From Actinomycetota bacterium (GTDB lineage: Bacteria; Actinomycetota; UBA4738; HRBIN12), in the NCBI GenBank assembly GCA_004366195.1, contig SIRV01000046.1:1-31736 (forward strand): a stretch of 31,736 bases of DNA. The letters run 5' to 3'. The notes beneath the pieces are model-generated. The model did not search any database and was not told the DNA's origin. It saw only the letters and a list, made by a program, of their open reading frames with translations. Shown here piece after piece: positions 10,936-23,137 of the stretch. The position numbers and the translations under genes were made by a program. The first letter of the stretch is position 1; each line of letters opens with the position of its first letter.

Positions 10936-12669
10936 ATGACACTCACGTTCGATCCCCAGACCATCGCCGAAGCGCTCCGTCGGAACGTCGAGTCGTGGAC
11001 CCCGAGCGTCGAGCGAGAGGAGGTCGGCCGGGTCGTCGAGGCGCACGACGGCATCGCGCGCGTCAAGGGGTTGCCGCGCACGATGGCGAACGAGCTCCTC
11101 GAGTTCCCCGGCGGCGTCCTCGGCCTCGCCTTCAACCTCGACTTCGACGAGATCGGGTGCGTCATCCTCGGCGACTTCGAGCACATCGAGGAGGGCGACC
11201 TCGTCCGGCAGACCGGCCGGATCCTCTCCGTCCCGGTGGGCGACGGCTTCCTCGGCCGCGTCGTCGACCCCCTCGGCAACCCGCTGGACGGCAAGGGGCC
11301 GATCCCTGCCGAGGGCCGGCGGAACCTCGAGGTGCAGGCCCCGAGCGTGGTCGACCGGCAGCCGGTCAAGGAACCGCTCCAGACCGGCATCACGGCGATC
11401 GACGCCATGACGCCGATCGGACGCGGGCAGCGCGAGCTCATCATCGGCGACCGCCAGACCGGCAAGACCGCGATCGCCGTCGACACCATCATCGCCCAGC
11501 GCGACAACTGGGCGAGCGGCGACCCGAAGAAGCAGGTGCGCTGCATCTACGTGGCCGTGGGGCAGAAGGCCTCGACGGTGGCGGAGGTCGTCGAGACCCT
11601 GCGGGAGCACGGCGCCCTCGAGTACACGGTCGTCATCAACGCCTCCGCGTCGGACCCCGCGCCGTTCCAGTACATCGCTCCGTACGCCGGGGCGGCCCTC
11701 GGGGCCCACTGGATGTGGAAGGGGCTCCACGCCCTCGTCGTCTACGACGACCTCTCCAAGCAGGCCACGGCGTACCGGACGCTGTCGCTGCTCCTGCGCC
11801 GACCGCCGGGCCGCGAGGCGTACCCCGGCGACGTCTTCTACCTGCACTCGCGCCTGCTGGAGCGGGCGGCGAAGCTCTCGGACCGGCTGGGCGGCGGTTC
11901 CCTCACGGCCCTGCCGATCGTCGAGACCAAGGGCGGCGACGTCTCCGCCTACATCCCGACGAACGTCATCTCCATCACCGACGGGCAGATCTACCTCGAG
12001 CCGGACCTGTTCTTCGCCGGCGTGCGTCCGGCGATCAACGTGGGGATCTCCGTGAGCCGGGTCGGCGGGAACGCGCAGATCAAGGCGATGAAGAAGATCG
12101 CCGGGCGGCTGCGGATCGACCTCGCGCAGTACCGGGCCCTCGAGGCCTTCGCCCAGTTCGGCTCGGAGCTCGACAAGGCCTCGCAGCAGCAGCTCGCGCG
12201 AGGCGCCCGGGTCGTGGAGGTGCTGAAGCAGCCCCAGTACCAGCCGGTGCCGGTCGAGCGCCAGGTCGTCTACATCTGGGTGGCGACCGGCGGGTACCTG
12301 GACGACCTCCCGGTGCAGGACGCGAAGAGGTTCGTGGAGAGCTTCGCCGCGTACCTCGACACGCACGCCCCCGAGGTCCTGGCGGCGATCCGCGACACCG
12401 GCGACCTGTCCGAGGAGACGGAGATCGCGCTGAAGCAGGCCGTCGAGGCCTACCGGGGACTGTTCGTCCCGAGCGGGGCCGAGGGCGGCTCGGCAGCCGG
12501 CGCCGGCGAGGGCGCACCCCCCGAGGAGCTGCGGCGCGACGTGGGCTGGGAGCGGATGTCCGCCGTGGAGGAGGTCCCGCCGCCCCCTCCGACCCGCGAG
12601 GAGCTCCGCCGCGAGTACGAGGAGAAGGCGGGTCCGCTCGGCGAGGCGGACGCCCCGCCGCCGGCGTAG
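10936..12669 (+). CDS. atpA: F1 subunit alpha with a long C-terminal extension
   Basis: [38 protein letters not shown] and [14 protein letters not shown]. Confidence 0.98.
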   Translation: MTLTFDPQTIAEALRRNVESWTPSVEREEVGRVVEAHDGIARVKGLPRTMANELLEFPGGVLGLAFNLDFDEIGCVILGDFEHIEEGDLVRQTGRILSVPVGDGFLGRVVDPLGNPLDGKGPIPAEGRRNLEVQAPSVVDRQPVKEPLQTGITAIDAMTPIGRGQRELIIGDRQTGKTAIAVDTIIAQRDNWASGDPKKQVRCIYVAVGQKASTVAEVVETLREHGALEYTVVINASASDPAPFQYIAPYAGAALGAHWMWKGLHALVVYDDLSKQATAYRTLSLLLRRPPGREAYPGDVFYLHSRLLERAAKLSDRLGGGSLTALPIVETKGGDVSAYIPTNVISITDGQIYLEPDLFFAGVRPAINVGISVSRVGGNAQIKAMKKIAGRLRIDLAQYRALEAFAQFGSELDKASQQQLARGARVVEVLKQPQYQPVPVERQVVYIWVATGGYLDDLPVQDAKRFVESFAAYLDTHAPEVLAAIRDTGDLSEETEIALKQAVEAYRGLFVPSGAEGGSAAGAGEGAPPEELRRDVGWERMSAVEEVPPPPPTREELRREYEEKAGPLGEADAPPPA

Positions 12670-12673
12670 CAGC

Positions 12674-15383
<2,710 letters not shown>

Positions 15384-15398
15384 GCGGCCCGGCGCGCG

Positions 15399-15404
15399 TA
15401 CCAT
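15399..15404 (+). promoter_or_regulatory. Candidate -10 box (TACCAT) for murA
   Basis: TANNNT 10 nt before the murA ATG, in the 31-nt gap after atpC. Confidence 0.45.
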
Positions 15405-15414
15405 CGAGGCGACC

Positions 15415-16692
15415 ATGGACAGGCTGCTCGTCGTCGGCGGAAGGCCCCTCGTGGGGAGCGTCCGGATCTCCGGCGCCAAGAACTCGGCGCTGAAGCTCCA
15501 GGCCGCCGCCCTCCTGGCGGAGGGGCGGTCGGTGATCCGCAACGTTCCCCGGATCCAGGACTGCGGCACCATGGCCGAGGTGCTCGACCACCTCGGCGCG
15601 GCCGTCGCCTGGGACGGCGACACCTTCGTCGTCGACGCTCGGGACGTCCGGCCGCGGGAGACCCCCTACGAGCTGGTGAGCCGGATGCGGGCCTCGATCC
15701 TCGTGCTCGGCCCCTTGCTCGCCCGCTTCGGGGAGGCCCACGTCGCGATGCCGGGAGGGTGCAACATCGGCTCGCGCAAGATCGATCTGCACCTCCGGGG
15801 ACTGGAGCGCATGGGCGCCACCTTCCACCAGGAGCACGGGGTCCTCCACGCCAAGGCGAACCGGCTGCACGGTGCCGTGATCAACCTCGACTACCCGAGC
15901 GTGGGGGCCACGGAGAACGTGATGATGGCCGGCGTGGCGGCCCGCGGGACGACCGTGATCGAGAACGCCGCGCGCGAGCCCGAGCTGGCCGACCTCGCCG
16001 CGTTCCTGACCGCGATGGGGGCGAGGATCCATGGGATCGGGACGCCGACCATCGAGATCGAGGGGGTGGACGGGTTCCGGCCGGTGGAGCATCGGGTGAT
16101 CCCCGATCGGATCGAGGCCGGCACGTTCGCCATCGCGGCCTGCGCGACGCGCGGGCGGGTGGTGCTCGAGGGGGCCCGCGCCGACCACCTCGACCTCGTG
16201 CTGTCGAAGCTCGCCGAGGTGGGCGCCGACATCCTCACGACCGGGGACGGTCTCGCCATCTCCATGGACCGTCGGCCGCGAGCGGTGGATCTCGTCACGC
16301 TGCCCTACCCCGGCTTCCCCACGGACCTCCAGCCCCAGATGATGGCGCTCCTCGCCGCGGCGGACGGGACGAGCATCGTGACCGAGAACGTGTTCGAGAG
16401 CCGCTTCATGTTCGTGGACGAGCTGAACCGGATGGGCGCCGACATCCGGACCGAGGGGCATCACGCGGTGATCCGGGGGGTGGAGCGGCTGTCGGCGGCG
16501 CCGGTCCGAGCCCTCGACATCCGCGCCGGGGCCGCCATGGTCATCGCGGCGCTCTCGGCCGACGGGGTGAGCGTCGTCGAGGACATGTACCACGTCGACC
16601 GCGGCTACGAGGACCTCGAGGGGAAGCTCGCGGGCCTGGGCGCCTCGGTGCGCCGCGAGCGTGCGCTCGAGCCGACCCGGGCCGGAGCGTGA
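15415..16692 (+). CDS. murA: UDP-N-acetylglucosamine 1-carboxyvinyltransferase
   Basis: GAKNSAL, MRAS, PGGCNIGSR (active-site Cys retained, not the Asp of the fosfomycin-resistant mycobacterial form), PYPGFPTDLQ and HVDRGYE. Confidence 0.97.
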   Translation: MDRLLVVGGRPLVGSVRISGAKNSALKLQAAALLAEGRSVIRNVPRIQDCGTMAEVLDHLGAAVAWDGDTFVVDARDVRPRETPYELVSRMRASILVLGPLLARFGEAHVAMPGGCNIGSRKIDLHLRGLERMGATFHQEHGVLHAKANRLHGAVINLDYPSVGATENVMMAGVAARGTTVIENAAREPELADLAAFLTAMGARIHGIGTPTIEIEGVDGFRPVEHRVIPDRIEAGTFAIAACATRGRVVLEGARADHLDLVLSKLAEVGADILTTGDGLAISMDRRPRAVDLVTLPYPGFPTDLQPQMMALLAAADGTSIVTENVFESRFMFVDELNRMGADIRTEGHHAVIRGVERLSAAPVRALDIRAGAAMVIAALSADGVSVVEDMYHVDRGYEDLEGKLAGLGASVRRERALEPTRAGA

Positions 16693-17480
16693 ACGGGGAG
16701 CAGGTCCCGCCCCGCCCGGACCTCGGGGAGGTCCCGGCGCCGGCGCGGCGGAGCGGGCCCCTCGCCCGCGACCTCGATGCGAGGCCCTCGGCGACCTGGC
16801 GCTGGTGGGAGGCGCTCGGCGTCTACCTCGGCGCCGTGGTGCTCGGCGGGGCGGCGACGCTGCCGGTGTTCTCCCTCGTTCGGCCGAAGGCCCTGGCGGA
16901 GGTGATGGCGAGCGCGGCCGTGGCGCTCGTGACGCTCGGGGTGGTGGTCCTGTGGCTGCGCACCCTCCACCGCGACTGGGTCGGGATCATCGGGTTGGCC
17001 CGACCCGCCGGACCCCATGTGAGGGCCGGTGTCGTGTTCGGACTCGTCCTGTATCCGGTGGTGACGCTCGTGGTGGGCGGCCTCCTCGCGCTGCTCCTCA
17101 GTCTCGTGGCGGGCGAGCCGGTGCGGGCGCCGGAGCAGCTCCCGACCGACCTGCGGCCCGTCGGGTTCGTGGCGGCCGCGCTGTACGCGGTCCTGGTCGC
17201 GCCCCTCGGCGAGGAGCTCTTCTTCCGAGGGGTGCTCTTCCGCGCCGTGCGTGATCGGCACGGGTTCTGGCCTGGGGCGGCGGTGTCCTCGATCTGCTTC
17301 GGTCTCATCCACTTCGTGCCGGGCCCGGCGACGGGCACGATCCTGCTCATGACCGTGATGGTCTTCACCGGCCTCGGCTTCGCCTTCATCTACGAACGGC
17401 GGGGCGCGCTGTGGGCGCCGATCGCGGCCCACGCGACCTTCAACGTCATCGGGCTGGCGCTGATCATCACGTTGCGGTGA
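16689..17480 (+). CDS. CPBP (Abi/CAAX) family intramembrane glutamic endopeptidase
   Basis: GTG overlaps the murA stop (GTGA). Motifs EELFFRG, FGLIH and HATFN in a multi-TM protein. Confidence 0.88.
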   Translation: MNGEQVPPRPDLGEVPAPARRSGPLARDLDARPSATWRWWEALGVYLGAVVLGGAATLPVFSLVRPKALAEVMASAAVALVTLGVVVLWLRTLHRDWVGIIGLARPAGPHVRAGVVFGLVLYPVVTLVVGGLLALLLSLVAGEPVRAPEQLPTDLRPVGFVAAALYAVLVAPLGEELFFRGVLFRAVRDRHGFWPGAAVSSICFGLIHFVPGPATGTILLMTVMVFTGLGFAFIYERRGALWAPIAAHATFNVIGLALIITLR

Positions 17481-17493
17481 GGAGGATCGAGCG

Positions 17494-17922
17494 ATGGCGG
17501 TGTTCCCCAGCGACGAGTGGCTCGCGATCTACCGCGATCGGATCAACGGCTCGGCCGAGTACCGGGAGGCGGCGGCGACGTGGGAGGGGGCGATCGCCTT
17601 CGTGTTCGAGGCCGAGCCCGACCGGGGCGTCCCGGAGGACCTCTGGGCCTGGCTCGATCTCTGGCACGGGCAGTGCCGCGAGGCGCGCATGGTGACGGCG
17701 GACGAGGGCGCGCGCGCCCCCTACGTGATCCGCGCCCCCTACACGCGCTGGAAGGAGGTGCTGGCGGGCGACCTCGACCCGGTCAAGGGCATGATGCAGG
17801 GCAAGCTGAAGCTCCGGGGCGACCTCCCCACGATCATCCGCCACGTTCGCGCGGCGAACGAGCTGGTGCACCTCACCTCGACGGTCCCGACCGAGTTCCT
17901 GGACGAGCTCGCGCCGCGGTAG
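17494..17922 (+). CDS. SCP2 sterol/lipid-binding domain protein
   Basis: RBS GAGGAG. N-terminal FPSDEW and C-terminal DPVKGMMQGKLKLRGDL, typical of SCP2 proteins. Confidence 0.8.
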   Translation: MAVFPSDEWLAIYRDRINGSAEYREAAATWEGAIAFVFEAEPDRGVPEDLWAWLDLWHGQCREARMVTADEGARAPYVIRAPYTRWKEVLAGDLDPVKGMMQGKLKLRGDLPTIIRHVRAANELVHLTSTVPTEFLDELAPR

Positions 17923-17944
17923 GCTGGGCGGCTCGGAGGGGAGG

Positions 17945-18985
17945 ATGCGCGCGGTCGTGTACGAGGGGGTGGGCAGGGTCGCGGTCGCCGAGGTCGCGGA
18001 CCCGGAGCTCCTCCTCCCCGACGACGCGATCGTCCGGGTCCGGCTCGCCGCGATCTGCGGCTCGGACCTGCACTTCCTCCACGGGAAGGCGCCGCTCGAG
18101 CCGGGCGAGGGGATCGGCCATGAGGCGATCGGCGTGGTCGAGGCCGTCGGTCCCGACGTCCGACGGTTCCGGGTCGGGGACCGCGTCGCGGTCTCCTTCG
18201 TCATCGCCTGCGGCGCCTGCTGGTTCTGCGCGCACGGGCAGACCCAGCTCTGCGAGGACTTCCGGAACCTCGGGGCCGGCATCTTCGGGGGCGGGCTCGG
18301 GGGCGCCCAGGCGGAGCTCCTCCGCGTGCCGCACGCCGACGTGAACCTCCTCGCGCTCCCCCAGGGTCTGGAGGACGAGCGCGCCGTCTTCCTCGGAGAC
18401 GTGCTCGCGACCGGCGTCTACGCGGCCGGGCTCGGCGAGGTGGGCCCGGGCGACGCGGTGGCCGTGGTCGGCGCGGGCCCGGTGGGGTTCTTCGCCGCCC
18501 AGGCGGCGCGCGCCCGCGGCGCTGACCCCGTCCTCGTCCTGGACCGGTTGCCCGACCGTCTGGCCCTCGCCGAGCGGCTGGGCGCCGAGCCCGTGGACGT
18601 CGAGGCCCGGAACCCCCAGATGGCGGTGGCCCGGCGGACCGGCGACCGGGGTGCGGACGTGGTGATCGAGGCGGTCGGGCACCCCAGCGCGTTCGAGACG
18701 GCCCTCGACGTGGTCCGCCGGGGGGGAAGGGTGGTCGTCGTCGGGATGTACGCGGGGGAGCAGGTGGAGGCGCCCCTCGGGGTGTGGTGGGCGAGGGCCC
18801 TCGACGTGCGGTTCGCCGGGATCTGCCCCGTCCACGCGTGGTGGGAGCGGGCGCTCGAGGAGCTGCTGGCCGGCCGGATCGATCCGGCGCCGCTCGTCTC
18901 GCACCGCCTCCCGCTGGAGGAGGCGCCCCTCGGCTACGAGCTGTTCGCCTCCCGCCGGGCCACGAAGGTCCTGCTCGTCCCGTGA
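17945..18985 (+). CDS. Zn-dependent medium-chain alcohol dehydrogenase (glutathione-independent FDH-like subfamily)
   Basis: Catalytic Zn ligands ICGSD, GHE and LGD (Asp as third ligand), structural Zn CGACWFC...C, and the Rossmann motif GAGPVG. Confidence 0.9.
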   Translation: MRAVVYEGVGRVAVAEVADPELLLPDDAIVRVRLAAICGSDLHFLHGKAPLEPGEGIGHEAIGVVEAVGPDVRRFRVGDRVAVSFVIACGACWFCAHGQTQLCEDFRNLGAGIFGGGLGGAQAELLRVPHADVNLLALPQGLEDERAVFLGDVLATGVYAAGLGEVGPGDAVAVVGAGPVGFFAAQAARARGADPVLVLDRLPDRLALAERLGAEPVDVEARNPQMAVARRTGDRGADVVIEAVGHPSAFETALDVVRRGGRVVVVGMYAGEQVEAPLGVWWARALDVRFAGICPVHAWWERALEELLAGRIDPAPLVSHRLPLEEAPLGYELFASRRATKVLLVP

Positions 18986-18988
18986 GCC

Positions 18989-19426
18989 ATGGCCGACCGG
19001 GAGCCGCCCTCGCCGCCCCTCGTCCGGTACCTCGACGCCGAGCCGAGCGGCCTGGCGTCGGTGGTCGGGGGGCTCCTCGAGGCGAACCTCCGCGCCGACC
19101 CGGCTCGGGCGCGCCTCCTCCGGCCGGCCGTCGTGGAGATCGCCGCCCGGGACCTCGGCCTCGCCGTCCGGCTGCGGCTCGGTCCGGACGGCGTGGTCCT
19201 CTCGCTCGCGTCCTCGGACGGTCGGGCCGACCTCGTCGTCGCCGCAGACGCCGGCGCCCTCGTCGAGCTCGTGCGCGCGCCGCTCCGGGTCGGCGTCCCC
19301 GACCCGCTCCGGCCGGAGGGCCGTCGCGTGCTCCTCGCGCTGCTCAGCGGTGACATCCGGGTGCGAGGCGCGGCCCGCCATCCGCTGCGGCTCCTTCGGC
19401 TGGCGCGGCTGCTGTCGGTCCCTTGA
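18989..19426 (+). CDS. Hypothetical protein, probable SCP2-like fold
   Basis: RBS-less but only 3 nt after the ADH stop, with gene-like codon usage. ADLVVAAD...LLSGDIRVRG resembles the SCP2 C-terminal pattern. The fold assignment is an inference. Confidence 0.6.
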   Translation: MADREPPSPPLVRYLDAEPSGLASVVGGLLEANLRADPARARLLRPAVVEIAARDLGLAVRLRLGPDGVVLSLASSDGRADLVVAADAGALVELVRAPLRVGVPDPLRPEGRRVLLALLSGDIRVRGAARHPLRLLRLARLLSVP

Positions 19427-19450
19427 GGGCGGCGCGACGCGACCGGCCGG

Positions 19451-19456
19451 TACCCT
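19451..19456 (+). promoter_or_regulatory. Candidate -10 box (TACCCT) of a leaderless meaB transcript
   Basis: TANNNT ending 6 nt before the GTG at 19463, with no Shine-Dalgarno. Confidence 0.55.
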
Positions 19457-19462
19457 TTCGTC

Positions 19463-20407
19463 GTGGAACCGAGCGAGCTCGTTGATCGCATCCTGGCGGG
19501 GGACCGGCGCGCCATCGCGCGCGCGATCTCCATGGTCGAGGACGGCGCCGAGGGGCTCGCCGAGCTCTCGGCCGGGCTGTTCCCCCACACGGGGCGGGCG
19601 TACACGGTCGGCCTGACCGGCTCTCCCGGCGTCGGGAAGTCGACGCTCGCCGGCGAGCTCGTCCGCGCCGCGCGTGCCCGGGGCCTGCGGGCCGCCGTCC
19701 TCGCCATCGACCCCACCTCGCCGTTCACCGGCGGCGCCCTCCTCGGCGACCGGGTGCGGATGCAGGACCACGCCACCGACCCCGGGGTCTTCATCCGGTC
19801 CATGGCGACCCGCGGCCACCTCGGCGGGATGGCGCTCGCGACGCCGGAGGCCGTCCGCGTCCTCGAGGCCGCCGGGTTCGAGCTCGTCCTCGTGGAGACG
19901 GTGGGGGTGGGTCAGGCGGAGGTCGACGTGGCCGCCGCGACCGACACGACGCTCGTGGTGGTCACGCCGGGCTGGGGGGACGCCGTGCAGGTCGCGAAGG
20001 CGGGGATCCTCGAGATCGCCGACGTCTTCGTGGTGAACAAGGCCGATCGCGAGGGGGCCGAGGCCGCCGTCCGGGACCTGGAGCAGATGCTCCGGCTCGG
20101 CCCGCCGCTCGACTGGACCCCGCCGGTGGTGAAGACGGTGGCCGCCGCCGGCGAGGGGATCGACGACCTGTGGGTGGCGATCGACGAGCACCGCCGTCAT
20201 CTGGAGTCGAGCGGCGAGCTGGAGCGCGGTCGCCGGGCGCGCCTGCTGCGCGAGGTGGAGAGCCTGGCGGTCGAGGCCCTCCGAGCGCGAGCGCGGGCCC
20301 TGCTGGACGCGAACCCGGACGTGGTGGACGATGTTCTGGAGCGACGCACCGATCCCTACCGGGCGGCGGCGGCGCTCGCGGAGCGGCTCGGAGGAGGCGC
20401 GATGTGA
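19463..20407 (+). CDS. meaB: Acyl-CoA mutase-associated GTPase chaperone MeaB/ArgK
   Basis: GSPGVGKST, DPTSPFTGGALLGDRVRM, ETVGVGQ and NKAD. Confidence 0.94.
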   Translation: MEPSELVDRILAGDRRAIARAISMVEDGAEGLAELSAGLFPHTGRAYTVGLTGSPGVGKSTLAGELVRAARARGLRAAVLAIDPTSPFTGGALLGDRVRMQDHATDPGVFIRSMATRGHLGGMALATPEAVRVLEAAGFELVLVETVGVGQAEVDVAAATDTTLVVVTPGWGDAVQVAKAGILEIADVFVVNKADREGAEAAVRDLEQMLRLGPPLDWTPPVVKTVAAAGEGIDDLWVAIDEHRRHLESSGELERGRRARLLREVESLAVEALRARARALLDANPDVVDDVLERRTDPYRAAAALAERLGGGAM

Positions 20408-22014
20408 CCGAGGAGGAGGCGGCGAGGTCCCTCTCGGGCCTCCCGCTGCCCGAGGTCCTCGGGCCCGAGGACCTCGCCGGGTTCGACCCCGCGACCGCGC
20501 TCGGCGAGCCGGGGTCGTACCCGTTCACCCGCGGCGCGTACGCGACGATGTACCGGGGTCGCCTGTGGACGATGCGCCAGTTCGCGGGCTTCGGTACCGC
20601 GCCGCAGACCAACGCTCGCTACCGGTTCCTCCTCGAGCAGGGGCAGGGCGGGCTCTCGGTGGCCTTCGACATGCCGACCCTGATGGGGCGGGACTCCGAC
20701 GATCCCCGCGCCGAGGGGGAGGTGGGTCGGTGCGGCGTCGCGGTGGACTCCCTCACGGATCTCGAGGAGCTCTTCGCGGGGATCCCCCTCGGGGACATCA
20801 CGACCTCGATGACGATCAGCGGGCCGGCCGTGATCGTGTTCGCGTTCTTCCTCGCGGCGACCGAACGTCAGGGCGTGCCCTGGGAGCGGCTGGACGGCAC
20901 GCTCCAGACCGACATCTTCAAGGAGTACATCGCGCAGAAGGAGTGGATCTTCCCGCCCCGGCCCCACCTGCGGCTCATCGGCGACCTGCTGGTCTTCTGC
21001 GCCGAGCGCGTGCCGCGGTGGCACCCGATCAGCGTCTCCGGGTACCACATCCGGGAGGCCGGTGCGACCGCCGTCCAGGAGCTCGCGTACACGCTCGCCG
21101 ACGGGTTCGCCTACGTGGAGCTCGGGATGGGGCGAGGGCTCGAGGTCGACCGGTTCGCCCCGCAGCTCTCGTTCTTCTTCAACGCCCACATCGACCTCTT
21201 CGAGGAGATCGCGAAGTACCGGGCGGCCCGACGGATCTGGGCGCGCTGGATGCGCGAGCGCTACGGGGCGCGGGATCCGGCGTCGATGCGGCTGCGGTTC
21301 CACACCCAGACCGCCGGCGTCTCGCTCACCGCCCAGCAGCCCTGGAACAACGTCGTGCGCACGGCGATCGAGGCCCTGGCGGCCGTGCTCGGCGGGACGC
21401 AGTCGCTCCACACGAACGCCCTGGACGAGGTGCTCGCGCTCCCCACCGAGGAGGCGGCCAAGCTCGCCCTCCGCACCCAGCAGATCATCGCCTACGAGAC
21501 CGGCGTCCCCGACGTGGCCGACCCCCTCGGGGGCGCCTACCTGATCGAGCACCTCACCGACCGCCTCGAGGCCCTCGCCGAGGAGGAGCTCGCCCGGATC
21601 TCCGCGTGGGGATCGGGCTCGATGCTCGAAGGCGTCCTCGCCGGCATCGAGCGGGGGGAGTTCCAGCGGGCGATCGCCGAGTCGGCCTGGCGGGAGCAGG
21701 AGCGGTACGCGGCGGGCGAGCTGGTGAAGGTCGGCGTCACGCGCTTCGTCGAGGACGAGGAGCCGCAGGTGCCCATCCTCGTCATCGGGCCCGAGGTCGA
21801 GGCGGAGCAGGTCCGCCGGGTGCGGGAGCACCGAGCCCGTCGAGACGGCCGGCTGGCGGATGAGGCCCTCTCGCGCCTCGTCGCGGCCGCCCGTACGGAC
21901 GAGAACCTCGTGCCCCTCCTCGTCGGGTGCGCCCGGGCCGGCGGCACCGCGGGCGGGATCGTCGAGGCCCTGCGGGGCGTCTTCGGCTCCTACACCGAGA
22001 CCCCCTGGTTCTGA
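20404..22014 (+). CDS. icmA: B12-dependent acyl-CoA mutase large (substrate-binding) subunit with isobutyryl-CoA mutase signature
   Basis: GTG at 20404 overlaps the meaB stop. Motifs [38 protein letters not shown] and SLHTN. There is no C-terminal DxHxxG B12-binding domain. Confidence 0.85.
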   Translation: MTEEEAARSLSGLPLPEVLGPEDLAGFDPATALGEPGSYPFTRGAYATMYRGRLWTMRQFAGFGTAPQTNARYRFLLEQGQGGLSVAFDMPTLMGRDSDDPRAEGEVGRCGVAVDSLTDLEELFAGIPLGDITTSMTISGPAVIVFAFFLAATERQGVPWERLDGTLQTDIFKEYIAQKEWIFPPRPHLRLIGDLLVFCAERVPRWHPISVSGYHIREAGATAVQELAYTLADGFAYVELGMGRGLEVDRFAPQLSFFFNAHIDLFEEIAKYRAARRIWARWMRERYGARDPASMRLRFHTQTAGVSLTAQQPWNNVVRTAIEALAAVLGGTQSLHTNALDEVLALPTEEAAKLALRTQQIIAYETGVPDVADPLGGAYLIEHLTDRLEALAEEELARISAWGSGSMLEGVLAGIERGEFQRAIAESAWREQERYAAGELVKVGVTRFVEDEEPQVPILVIGPEVEAEQVRRVREHRARRDGRLADEALSRLVAAARTDENLVPLLVGCARAGGTAGGIVEALRGVFGSYTETPWF

Positions 22015-22018
22015 GGCG

Positions 22019-22047
22019 TTGACGTATCGCCTGAGCCGGGGTAGCCT
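22019..22047 (+). promoter_or_regulatory. Housekeeping-type promoter TTGACG-N17-TAGCCT for the ECF metal transporter operon
   Basis: -35 at 22019-22024 and -10 at 22042-22047 with a 17-nt spacer. Confidence 0.7.
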
Positions 22048-22065
22048 GCTTGACGGGTGCTGCGA

Positions 22066-22079
22066 GCACTTGCAAGTGC
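22066..22079. promoter_or_regulatory. Perfect 14-bp palindrome GCACTTGCAAGTGC, candidate repressor operator
   Basis: Seen directly in the 5' leader, downstream of the predicted transcription start and upstream of the RBS. Confidence 0.55.
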
Positions 22080-22112
22080 AGTCTTTCGCATCACTCTCCG
22101 CGGGAGGAAGGG

Positions 22113-22805
22113 ATGCACATCCCCGATGGGTTCATCAATGCGGGCACCTCGATCGCGGCCGGCGTGGTGTCGGCGGGCGGCATCGGCGCCGCGCTGCGGC
22201 GCGCCGCGCGGGAGATGGAGGACCGTCAGGCGCCGCTCGCGGGGCTCGTCGCGGCGTTCGTCTTCGCCGCCCAGATGCTGAACTTCCCGATCGCGGCCGG
22301 CACGAGCGGGCACCTGCTCGGGGGGGTCCTCGCGGCGGTCCTGGTCGGCCCGTGGGCCGGCGCGATCTGCGTCGCGCTCGTCCTCCTCGTCCAGGCGATC
22401 TTCTTCGCCGACGGCGGCCTTTCCGCCCTCGGCCTGAACGTCCTCAACATGGCCATCCTCGGGGCGCTCGGGGGGTACGTGGTGTTCCGGGTGCTCCGGG
22501 ACGTGCTGCCCAAGCGCCGGCCGATGGTCGTGGTCGCCGCGGCGCTCGCCGCCTGGGCCTCGGTGGTGCTCGCCTCCCTCGCCTTCTTCGCGGAGTACGC
22601 CGTCGGCGGGGTGGGGGGGGTTCCACTCGGCGCGGTGTTCACGGCCATGGTCGGGATCCACGCGCTGATCGGGGTGGGCGAGGCGGTCATCACCGCGCTC
22701 ACGGTGAGCGCGGTCATGGCCGTGCGGCCGGACCTGGTGTTCGGAGCGCGCGACCTCGCCCCCGGGCCCGGGGCGGCGGGACCGCGGGTCGCTCTGGAGG
22801 CGTGA
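22113..22805 (+). CDS. cbiM: ECF transporter metal-binding S component (NikM/CbiM family)
   Basis: RBS GGGAGGAAGG. It starts MHIPDGF (metal-binding N-terminus) and has GTSGHL and ADGGLSALGLN. Confidence 0.92.
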   Translation: MHIPDGFINAGTSIAAGVVSAGGIGAALRRAAREMEDRQAPLAGLVAAFVFAAQMLNFPIAAGTSGHLLGGVLAAVLVGPWAGAICVALVLLVQAIFFADGGLSALGLNVLNMAILGALGGYVVFRVLRDVLPKRRPMVVVAAALAAWASVVLASLAFFAEYAVGGVGGVPLGAVFTAMVGIHALIGVGEAVITALTVSAVMAVRPDLVFGARDLAPGPGAAGPRVALEA

Positions 22806-22810
22806 GTCCG

Positions 22811-23137
22811 ATGGATCGCGGGAACCTGAGGCTGTTCGTGATCGGCGGTCTGATCGTCGCCCTGGGCCTCGCGTTCTTCGTGAGTCCCTTGGCCAGCTCG
22901 TCGCCGGACGGGCTGGAGCGGGTGGCGATCGACCAAGGATTCGCGGAGACGGCCACCGACCACGCGCTCGCGGAGGGTCCGCTCGCGGACTACGCGGTCA
23001 AAGGAGTGGAGGACGAGCGCATCTCGACCGGCCTCTCCGGCGCCATCGGGGTGGTCGTGACGTTCGGGGTCGGCATGGTGCTGTTCGGCGCCCTGCGCGC
23101 CGCTCGCCGGCGGCGGACGAGGGCGCCTACGGCGTGA
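22811..23137 (+). CDS. PDGLE-domain accessory membrane protein (NikN-like)
   Basis: The end of track ORF 21860-23137. It has two TM helices flanking ASSSPDGLE and PLADY. Confidence 0.85.
   Translation: MDRGNLRLFVIGGLIVALGLAFFVSPLASSSPDGLERVAIDQGFAETATDHALAEGPLADYAVKGVEDERISTGLSGAIGVVVTFGVGMVLFGALRAARRRRTRAPTA

Noticed and set aside
17873-21831. Antisense ORFs of 775 aa and 491 aa
   Set aside because: They mirror the ADH, meaB and icmA genes and have no independent signatures.
22015-22112. Cobalamin riboswitch expected upstream of cbiM
   Set aside because: The leader is too short and I see no B12-box. It holds a promoter and a palindrome instead.
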